From: Oculatellaceae cyanobacterium bins.114
GTDB lineage: Bacteria > Cyanobacteriota > Cyanobacteriia > Elainellales > Elainellaceae
Direction: 5' to 3'
Assembly (NCBI GenBank): GCA_033764315.1
Contig: JANRJA010000121.1
Location: forward strand, 1-18,392
Length of the DNA stretch: 18,392 bases
Position numbers and translations under genes: made by a program. Shown piece after piece: positions 6,186-13,715 of this stretch (position 1 is the stretch's first letter; the number at the start of each line of letters is the position of its first letter). The notes under the pieces are model-generated. The model had not been told where the DNA came from, did not search any database, and saw only the letters and a list, made by a program, of their open reading frames with translations.

Positions 6186-8690
6186 ATGTCCCCCCAGCCC
6201 CCTCTCTTTCGACTCAAAGTTCAGCAGGTTGAACAAACCTGTCTGTTTGAACTGTCGTGGGGACGCGGGCAACAACTAGTTACCAGTCTGCCCTATCCAC
6301 CCGGATTAGCCACCTTATTTCAGGAGTGGCAGCATGTTTATCTCACATTTTACAAAACGGCCACTCTGCCCCTCACCCCAATCACCCAACCTGACTCACC
6401 CTTGCGCGGACGTGCGGCTGAGAGTGGGGGCTTGGCCTCTGTCGTTGATTGGCACGCCCGCTTAATTGAAGCCGAAGCCAAGCTGTTGTATGAGTTTCAT
6501 CGCTGGTTGCGGAGTGGTGAGTTGTATGAAATTCGCGCCAGGATTGCGGAGGCGAGCCGCAACACCAGCCAGCAACAACAAGCTGTGAATTTATTTTTGA
6601 CCTGTACTCCCCTCGATCTGGCACGGTTGCCCTGGGAAGCATGGGAAATTGGCACTGAATTTGCTGCCAGTGGCATGATTCGCATTGTTCGTACTCCTGC
6701 CAATATTCGTGCAGAAACCGTTGCACCAAGACGACAGAACCGATCAAAGGCGAGAATTTTAGCCATCATGGGCGACGATTCGGGCTTAAACTTTCAAACT
6801 GATCGCGATGCGGTGCGATCGCTCTCTCGGTTAGCCGATGTGCGGTTTGTCGGTTGGCAGGCAAGGGGGTCTAGTAGCGAACTCAAGACTCGAATTGGGG
6901 AAGCGATCGCTGACCCAGCCGGATGGGATATCTTGTTTTTTGCGGGGCACAGCAACGAAACCCAGATTACAGGCGGAGAGTTGGCGATCGCCCCCAACGT
7001 TTCCATGACAATTCATGAGATTGCCCCTTATCTCACCCGCGCCAAAGAACAAGGACTACAGTTCGCTATCTTTAACTCGTGCAGCGGATTAAATATTGCC
7101 GAATCCCTAATTGATTTGGGACTCAGCCAAGTAGCCGTGATGCGGGAACCGATTCACAATCGGGTAGCACAGGAGTTTTTAGTGCGGTTTCTGCAAAATC
7201 TAGCAGATTACAAAGACGTTCAGGAATCGCTACTGGTGGCATCCCAGTTTCTTAAATTAGAAAAAAACCTGACCTATCCCTCGGCATATTTGATTCCATC
7301 GCTGTTTTGCCACCCTGATGCGGCTCTGTTTCAGATTCAGCCTGCGGGTTGGCGACAACGAGTAAGACCGTTTTTGCCTAACCGATGGGAGGCGATCGCT
7401 CTCGTCAGCTTAGGTACATTGAGTCTGCTCAATCCGGTTCAGGATTGGTTGCTGAGTCAGCGAGTCTATGCTCAGGCGATATATCGAGCCATCACTGCTC
7501 AGGTTCCTCCCGCAGATCCGCCCCCTGTGTTGTTAGTGCAGATTGATGACAAGTCAATTCGCCTATCAGGCATCAGCAACCCCAATCCTATCGATCGCGT
7601 CTATCTCGCGTCACTGATAGATCGGTTGGTAGCCTTAGATGCCAAAGTGGTTGGGGTGGATTATGTGCTCGATCGTCAGCAACCTGGAAAAGATCAGGTT
7701 TTAGCGGAATCGGTGCGCTCGGCAGTGAATCACCAGATGTGGCTCGTGTTTGGAGCAATTCACGACTCTAACGGACAGCCCATTAGCGTGGGTGAAGGAA
7801 CTGGCATTGCGTCACCCGATTGGAGTTTACAAGGCTACATTCCAGGCATTCCCACCTATGTGCGGTTGCCCAAAACTAAATCAGAATGCGACCGTCTCTG
7901 TCCTTTTGCCTATCTGTTGTCGCTGGTGGCAACTATGAACCAGACAACCTCCGATACACCACAACCATCGCTCACCAGCACAACCGACTTGCGCCTGCAA
8001 CTTTTAGAATCGGTTGACCAACTAGCCCCAACCCATCCACAAGTCGCTCAACTGCGGCAACTCCATCTCAACTCCATTCGTCGCTGGTCGGGGCAGTTCA
8101 ACCAACTCTGGCTGCATCCCATCATTGACTTCTCGATTCCCCCCGATCGCGCCTACGATCGCATTTCTGCATGGCAACTGCTGGGGCAAGAGGGCACCAC
8201 TCCCCAATTACCTCACCTGTCTCAACAGGTCGTCATTATCGCGGCGGGTGCTTATGACGAAGCAGGGGTTAATGCCGATCAAGCCGATTATTTCCCCTTG
8301 CCTGCGGCGATGGGTTTCTGGCGCGATCGCCTATCTACGACATCTAGCGGTAACTTTCCCACCGACTTTACCGGGGCAGAGGCACACGCCTACATGATTC
8401 ACCATCTGCTATCGCATCGACTGGTGGTTCCCATTCCCGATCTGTGGATGGTGCTATTGGCGGCGATCGCAGGCAAAGGTGCTGTCGTTGTATGGCACTT
8501 GTCCCAGCCAGATAAACGCCTCCGCTATACTACTCGGTTGGGTGTGATCACGCTTCCCATTGGGTATGGGCTGATTGGTTTGCAGTTGTATCTTTCCGTA
8601 GCTGTCCTGTTGCCCTGGTTATTGCCCTCATCACTGTTCTGGGTGTACGTTCTGCTGTCTCTAAGGAAAAATCATTATGCGTCGCCTTAA
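6186..8690 (+). CDS. CHAT (caspase-like) domain plus CHASE2 sensor membrane protein
   Basis: N-terminal part has LPWE, FFAGHS (His codon 6948-6950) and FNSCSG (Cys codon 7080-7082). A hydrophobic segment follows, then CHASE2 motifs (LLVQID, R.YLA.LIDRL, KVVGVDY..D, VVII, G.E.HA) and three terminal TM helices. Confidence 0.88.
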   Translation: MSPQPPLFRLKVQQVEQTCLFELSWGRGQQLVTSLPYPPGLATLFQEWQHVYLTFYKTATLPLTPITQPDSPLRGRAAESGGLASVVDWHARLIEAEAKLLYEFHRWLRSGELYEIRARIAEASRNTSQQQQAVNLFLTCTPLDLARLPWEAWEIGTEFAASGMIRIVRTPANIRAETVAPRRQNRSKARILAIMGDDSGLNFQTDRDAVRSLSRLADVRFVGWQARGSSSELKTRIGEAIADPAGWDILFFAGHSNETQITGGELAIAPNVSMTIHEIAPYLTRAKEQGLQFAIFNSCSGLNIAESLIDLGLSQVAVMREPIHNRVAQEFLVRFLQNLADYKDVQESLLVASQFLKLEKNLTYPSAYLIPSLFCHPDAALFQIQPAGWRQRVRPFLPNRWEAIALVSLGTLSLLNPVQDWLLSQRVYAQAIYRAITAQVPPADPPPVLLVQIDDKSIRLSGISNPNPIDRVYLASLIDRLVALDAKVVGVDYVLDRQQPGKDQVLAESVRSAVNHQMWLVFGAIHDSNGQPISVGEGTGIASPDWSLQGYIPGIPTYVRLPKTKSECDRLCPFAYLLSLVATMNQTTSDTPQPSLTSTTDLRLQLLESVDQLAPTHPQVAQLRQLHLNSIRRWSGQFNQLWLHPIIDFSIPPDRAYDRISAWQLLGQEGTTPQLPHLSQQVVIIAAGAYDEAGVNADQADYFPLPAAMGFWRDRLSTTSSGNFPTDFTGAEAHAYMIHHLLSHRLVVPIPDLWMVLLAAIAGKGAVVVWHLSQPDKRLRYTTRLGVITLPIGYGLIGLQLYLSVAVLLPWLLPSSLFWVYVLLSLRKNHYASP

Positions 8691-9327
8691 TTTACTCACA
8701 CTGCCATTTTTAGTTTGTGCGATCGCTAGTTTTAGCCCCATTCGCACAGTTGCCCAAGACTCTTCTACCCCTCCGTCGATTCAAGACGTGATCACCATTT
8801 TGGAACGGGAAGAACCGCCTCTCGGATCACGCGGCGATCTCTGTGCCGTTAGCCCCGGTCTGCTGGGAGAAACAGATATCATCTGGAGCGATCGCCCCAC
8901 CTTTGCATGGCGTGGAGAAACCGGACACATTATTCTGCGCTCGGTCAACAACCCAACTCCTCTGTGGCAGCAGTCTCTCTCTAGCGGCACTCAAAGTATT
9001 TCCTACAATGGCACACCTCTAACACCAGGACAAGTCTATGAATGGGAGTTAGATACTGCATCGGGTATTGGACAGCAATATACCTTTGAGGTGATGGGCG
9101 GACAGGAGCGCGATCGCATTACGCGTGAGCTGCAAGCGTTAGAAAACCAACTCAAAACCGCTGGAGAGTCAACAGAGGCGATCGCCATTGCTCGTGCTCG
9201 TTACTTTGCTGAACAACGCCTCTGGTCTGATGCATTTCAAGCCCTGCAATCGATCAGCAATCCTTCCTCTGACTTAACGGAGGGCATGACCCACATGACT
9301 AACTACTTGTGTGGTACGGAAGAGTAA
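8677..9327 (+). CDS. Secreted DUF928-like protein
   Basis: Signal-peptide-like N-terminus, GSRG..C, SDRPTF.W, L.PGQ.Y.W and YFAEQRLWSDA motifs. Overlaps the upstream gene by 14 bp. Confidence 0.78.
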   Translation: MRRLNLLTLPFLVCAIASFSPIRTVAQDSSTPPSIQDVITILEREEPPLGSRGDLCAVSPGLLGETDIIWSDRPTFAWRGETGHIILRSVNNPTPLWQQSLSSGTQSISYNGTPLTPGQVYEWELDTASGIGQQYTFEVMGGQERDRITRELQALENQLKTAGESTEAIAIARARYFAEQRLWSDAFQALQSISNPSSDLTEGMTHMTNYLCGTEE

Positions 9328-9489
9328 GCGATCGCTTACGAAAGCTTGACACTCAATGAGCACTTTGGCTCAAACTCAATCCTACCCACCGCTGACCTAC
9401 GGACGAAGAGCATAGAGCAAAAAAGCTCTCATCATGACAATACTGCTAATAATAGTGTTAGGGGTAAGTCAATTCGTCAAGGAATTATT

Positions 9490-10128
9490 ATGGAGGCAAG
9501 TTTTTGGCACCAAAGGTGGAGGGAAAATGCGATTGCCTTCCACAAAAGTGAAGTTAACCCACTACTGGTCAAATATATCAACCACTTTTCTTTGGTCAAT
9601 GGCAGTCGTGTGTTTTTACCGTTGTGCGGCAAAACTCTTGATATTTCCTGGCTCCTTTCTCATGGCTATCGTGTTGCTGGAGCTGAACTGAGCAAAATAG
9701 CCATCGAGCAATTATTTGTGGAGCTTGGAGTAGAACCCAAAATATCGGGAGTTGGTGAAATCGATCATTACAGCGCACAAAATATAGACATATTTGTGGG
9801 TGATATATTTCATTTGTCGAGTGAGATGCTTGGCTTGGTCGATGCAATTTATGACAGAGCAGCTTTAGTGGCTCTACCTCAAGAAATGCGCAATCGATAT
9901 ACAGCACATTTAATGGAGATTACTAATAAAGCACCCCAGCTGCTAATTTGCTATGAATACGACCAACGTTTGATGGAGGGTCCTCCTTTTTCAATTAGTC
10001 ATGAGGAAGTCAATCAACACTATCGCGATAGTTATCACCTCACTCCCATTGCCAGTGAAAATGTTCCTGGTGGATTAAAGGGACAATGTGCAGCAAAAGA
10101 GAATGTTTGGCTGCTGCAAAATGATTAA
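9490..10128 (+). CDS. tpm: Thiopurine S-methyltransferase (Se/Te methyltransferase family)
   Basis: FWHQRW..I.FH..VNP.L, RVFLPLCGKTLD..WL, YDRAALVALP..R..Y and GPPFS motifs. Start at ATG 9490, after AAGGA. Confidence 0.92.
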   Translation: MEASFWHQRWRENAIAFHKSEVNPLLVKYINHFSLVNGSRVFLPLCGKTLDISWLLSHGYRVAGAELSKIAIEQLFVELGVEPKISGVGEIDHYSAQNIDIFVGDIFHLSSEMLGLVDAIYDRAALVALPQEMRNRYTAHLMEITNKAPQLLICYEYDQRLMEGPPFSISHEEVNQHYRDSYHLTPIASENVPGGLKGQCAAKENVWLLQND

Positions 10129-10156
10129 TACGTATATATTGGACGCACTCCAGCCA

Positions 10157-10241
10157 ATCTAACAACCCGCTTGCACCCGATTTGAAAAATGATCTATCAG
10201 CGTTCAAGATTATTAGCGGTGGATAAAGCAGAATATTATGT
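10157..10241 (+). other. Degenerate attC-like imperfect palindrome
   Basis: ATCTAAC (RYYYAAC) followed by AACCCGCTTGCACCCG pairs in register, with one bulged base, with TGGATAAAGCAGAAT-ATTATGT. Inner TTGAA/TTCAA and TGAT/ATCA arms. The right core reads ATT instead of GTT. Confidence 0.5.
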
Positions 10242-10271
10242 TTTAATCAAACATCATCACGAAAGATTGAA

Positions 10272-10961
10272 ATGAAATCAGAGAAAAAGCAAATTCTTGT
10301 TGTAGGGGCTAGTCGAGGTATTGGTGCGACTGTTGCTCAACATTTTTCTCAAAAAGGTGAGAATGTAATCTCTGTTTCAAGAAGTCAGCCAATCGCAGGA
10401 GAGTGGATTCAAGCAGATATTTCCACAGCGGAAGGGATACAATCAGTTGTTGATACTGTTGGTGAGTCACGCTTGGATGCGCTGTTATTCATGGGGGGAG
10501 TATGGGAAAACGGTGCGTTTACAGAGCGATACAACTTTCTGCAAAGCTCCGATCAAGAAACTCGCTATGTGATAGCTGTAAATACGATTGCTCCTATCGA
10601 ACTCACTAAACAACTCACCCAAAACCTTGTCAAATCGGACAATCCAAGAGCTATCTTTATCGGCTCATTATCTGGTTTAGATAACGCCGCATCGATCGAG
10701 GTAGCTAATACAGCATCAAAATTTGGATTACGAGGCGCAGCACAAGCATTAAATATCGCTCTAAATGCTTACAAGATTGGTGTTACAGTCATCAATCCTG
10801 GAAATGTAGCCACAGAAGAAGTACTAACAGATATTGAAGAAGGCAGATTTGGGCAGCAAGTTCCAATTCCTCTTGGAGATATAATTTCTTCAATTGAGTG
10901 GATTCTAACGCTTTCCAACACTGTGAACATCGGAGAAATCAATATGCAACAGAAAGGTTAA
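10272..10961 (+). CDS. SDR-family oxidoreductase with an atypical catalytic motif
   Basis: VGASRGIG Rossmann motif, IGS, NTASKFGLRG (Asn where YxxxK has Tyr) and INPG. Confidence 0.9.
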   Translation: MKSEKKQILVVGASRGIGATVAQHFSQKGENVISVSRSQPIAGEWIQADISTAEGIQSVVDTVGESRLDALLFMGGVWENGAFTERYNFLQSSDQETRYVIAVNTIAPIELTKQLTQNLVKSDNPRAIFIGSLSGLDNAASIEVANTASKFGLRGAAQALNIALNAYKIGVTVINPGNVATEEVLTDIEEGRFGQQVPIPLGDIISSIEWILTLSNTVNIGEINMQQKG

Positions 10962-11241
10962 TCCAAGTTTGCGGTAGAGGTAATCCTGAAAGTTTGTTCT
11001 TTGACCTGGAGTGTAAACATGGGTGGTGACTCAATAGGGTTTACTGAAAAAGCCTTCCCAGAACCCTTGGGACACTTTTTAAGCAAGCTCTATTTAGTGA
11101 GAATATTGCTCGATACAGATGTTTTTCCTTGATACACAACTGGACATTCTCAGTCGATTAGCAACCCTAAATTATGTAGATAATCTGTGAAAACATTCGT
11201 TATTTAAGCTTTTTTATTTAAGCATAGAGATTTTGCACATC

Positions 11242-11706
11242 CTAGAGTTTTTTCATCATAAACACACTATTTGGGTCATCCAGATAATCTGCAAAAGGAC
11301 CTCGATACTCAAACCCATATCGCAGGTACAACGCTCGTGCTGGAGCAAACTCAGCCAAAGCCCCCGTTTCCAAATACAGACAATCATAACTACGCCGTTT
11401 AGCTTCTTGAATGATGTGTTCAAGAATTTTTGAGGCAACCCCCTGACGACGGTAAGTCTGAGCCGTACGCATTGATTTGACTTCACCCCTGTTTGAATCT
11501 AGTTCTTTCAATGCTCCGCATCCCAATAATTCCTCTCCCTCCCAAGCCGACCAAAAAGTAATATTGGGCGATCGCAACCCCTCTAAATCAAGAGCATGAA
11601 CGCTTCCGGGTGGGGTAATTTCATGCATATTGTCGAGATGCTCTCGAAGCAAATCAGCGATCTTTTGACTCGTTAAGTCATCTTCGCGAATATCCAATTG
11701 ACTCAT
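11242..11706 (-). CDS. GNAT N-acetyltransferase (YsnE/YedL-like)
   Basis: HALD..L, GCGALKEL, GEVKSMRT, RRQGVAS, LYLETG and LY.RYGF motifs. AAGGAG precedes ATG 11706. Confidence 0.92.
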   Translation of the reverse strand: MSQLDIREDDLTSQKIADLLREHLDNMHEITPPGSVHALDLEGLRSPNITFWSAWEGEELLGCGALKELDSNRGEVKSMRTAQTYRRQGVASKILEHIIQEAKRRSYDCLYLETGALAEFAPARALYLRYGFEYRGPFADYLDDPNSVFMMKKL

Positions 11707-11875
11707 CTCCTTAATTAGCTCAAAAACTCTGCTATATGAGGGTTTACAGCATCTGGCATTGAGGTCAAGAGTTGGGGTTGCAATCAAGATTATATATAAG
11801 TAACGTCATGCATTTTTGCGTTCTATAGCATGTTTGACGAGTGAAAGATTTATCTGTTCTGCCAAACCTGGCTCG

Positions 11876-11933
11876 TCATTCATTACCCTCTTTTTTCTTT
11901 TTCCCTCTTCTTTTTTCTTTCTTCTTTTCTCCC
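11876..11933. repeat. Pyrimidine-rich low-complexity or heptamer-like tract just downstream of the ABC ATPase stop codon
   Basis: TCATTCATTACCCTCTTTTTTCTTTTTCCCTCTTCTTTTTTCTTTCTTCTTTTCTCCC, similar in style to 6034-6185. Confidence 0.65.
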
Positions 11934-12713
11934 TCACGTCCACTCTTGAGTTTCTTGCTCTTCTGCTTGCACTAGTCGTTCTTTTAACTCCTGCCAATTC
12001 ACCTCAGTAGCAGCCACATCTTGCAAGAGTGACCCTTGTTGCATGTAAAGAAGGCGATCGCAAAACTGTTGAGCCAGATCGAGTTGGTGATTCACCATCA
12101 CAATTGGGGTGCCGCGTTCCGCTAGTCGAGTCAGCACTTGCATCAGATAGGCTCCTCGTCCGGCATCTAATGCTGAGGTGGGTTCGTCTAACAAGAGCAC
12201 TTTCGGTTCTGTGATTAATGCACGAGCGATCGCCACCAGTTGACGTTGCCCCACCGATAGTTGAGTCTCAGTGCGATCGAGCCAGTCTAACGGAATGTGC
12301 AATTCCTCCAACCAGGTATCCAGACGTTGCTTACTCACCGCAGGAGAGATACCCCGCAGTTGCAAAGGATAGGTCAACGCCTCTCGTACCGTCATATCCA
12401 ACAACTTTGACTCTTGTAAAACAAGCGTGATCTGTTGACGCAACTGCACTACCGGAATTTGCCGAATATCTCGATTCTCAAAATAAATCTTGCCCTGACT
12501 GATCTCGATCAACCGATTTAGCGATCGCAACAACGACGTTTTACCTGCCCCAGACGGACCAATCACCACAATGCGATCGCCTCGCTTTACTTGAAACGAA
12601 ACATTGTTGAGCAGCAATTGCGACCCAACCACCGACTTTAAACTCACTTGTTCCAGGCGCAACTGCTCACCGATAGACGGTTCAGCGATCGCTGGTTGAT
12701 TAATCCTTACCAC
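11934..12713 (-). CDS. ABC transporter ATP-binding protein with no adjacent canonical permease
   Basis: Walker A GPSGAGKT, Q-loop LVLQE, signature LSVGQ, Walker B LLLDEPTSALD and H-loop VNH. Start codon uncertain. Confidence 0.92.
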   Translation of the reverse strand: MVRINQPAIAEPSIGEQLRLEQVSLKSVVGSQLLLNNVSFQVKRGDRIVVIGPSGAGKTSLLRSLNRLIEISQGKIYFENRDIRQIPVVQLRQQITLVLQESKLLDMTVREALTYPLQLRGISPAVSKQRLDTWLEELHIPLDWLDRTETQLSVGQRQLVAIARALITEPKVLLLDEPTSALDAGRGAYLMQVLTRLAERGTPIVMVNHQLDLAQQFCDRLLYMQQGSLLQDVAATEVNWQELKERLVQAEEQETQEWT

Positions 12714-12795
12714 TCACTCATGACCCAATAATGACCCTTGCTCATCATCCGAGACTACCCCGTCAAGGAAACTGCTTTACATCGCCAAATTTATG

Positions 12796-13398
12796 TCAAA
12801 GGGGCGGTTGATTGTTGACTGTCCAAATTGTCCAGGCATCCATCAAGAGTAATGCAACCGTAAACACCAACAAAATTAGATACATCCACGGCTGAGCCAG
12901 CGGACGCACATCAGCGGTGTCAATGCCTGTTTTTGCCTGCACATAGCGCACCAACCGCGCAAACCCCGCCACTCGCATCGGCAATAGAAATGCCTCGCCT
13001 TGACGACTCAAAAAATAATAGACAATGCCCCCTTGTCCGGTTGATCGCGGCTTGAGTGCTTGCACATCGTGCCATGCCAAACACCATCCCCGTCGAAACA
13101 GCGACGGCACCCAACTCGGATAAGTCACCTGAATACCCTGCTGATTCACAATCACCCGTTCCGTTAGGGCAGCATATAACGCCACCGCCCCGATCGCCAC
13201 CCCCACACTCAACAGACCAGGAGGAACAGGGGCTTGAGTCACCATTGCCAAAAAGGGCAGTGGCAATGTCAACGCTATATATAAAGCCAACAATGTCAGA
13301 CGAATCAGTGGAGACAGGCGAAACGTGTCTTCTTCTGGCAGATCAGGAGACACGTCAGGAGACATCGATTCAGGTTGAGGAGTCAAATGAGGTTCCAC
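12796..13398 (-). CDS. Hypothetical membrane protein (about 3 TM helices); alternative start at ATG 13365
   Basis: Two N-terminal hydrophobic helices, a soluble region with TGQGG.VYYF..LLPMR.AGF, and a C-terminal helix. Confidence 0.82.
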   Translation of the reverse strand: MEPHLTPQPESMSPDVSPDLPEEDTFRLSPLIRLTLLALYIALTLPLPFLAMVTQAPVPPGLLSVGVAIGAVALYAALTERVIVNQQGIQVTYPSWVPSLFRRGWCLAWHDVQALKPRSTGQGGIVYYFLSRQGEAFLLPMRVAGFARLVRYVQAKTGIDTADVRPLAQPWMYLILLVFTVALLLMDAWTIWTVNNQPPL

Positions 13399-13586
13399 AG
13401 CAACAACAGTGAGTATTCACCTGTCAATTGTTCATTGTCTCCTGAGAATGGTCAATGGTTCAAATCAGTGTGTCAACTGCCAAAACAGTTAATAACAAGG
13501 GGGCACGGGGATTCCATCGTTCGAGATTCGTCCTAACCGACTCTCCAGAGCTATAGACAATACCACTTTCAACTTATATATCTTTT

Positions 13587-13693
13587 TTCCCATCGATTAA
13601 CCGTACATTATTTAAAATAAGGAACAATATTTCAGTGTATGATGTATCCCATTGACGATAACGACAGTATCCCTATCGATCAACCGTAGATTA
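13587..13693 (+). promoter_or_regulatory. Duplicated ~24-bp motif upstream of sbpA; candidate sulfur-regulon operator
   Basis: TTCCCATCGATTAACCGTACATTA (13587-13610) and TCCCTATCGATCAACCGTAGATTA (13670-13693) match at 20/24. A TATGAT hexamer (13638-13643) lies between them. Confidence 0.6.
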
Positions 13694-13715
13694 ATTCAAA
13701 TCCGAGGAGAGCAAG

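Noticed and set aside
9346-9489. 48-codon TTG-started extension of tpm
   Set aside because: Family similarity starts at MEASFW (9490), which has its own RBS-like sequence; the extension covers the attC-like remnant.
10962-11241. Possible pseudogene or small ORF between the SDR and GNAT genes
   Set aside because: Short open frames exist on both strands (for example MGGDSIGF..., 37 aa), but I recognise no family and see no clear attC-like site.
11806-12010. Lys/Arg-rich and Phe-rich ORFs 11806..11997 and 11816..12010
   Set aside because: Their composition is simply the translation of the pyrimidine tract.
11934-12713. Calling the ABC ATPase cysA or pstB
   Set aside because: It is too short for CysA, lacks its C-terminal domain, and has no convincing subfamily-specific motifs.
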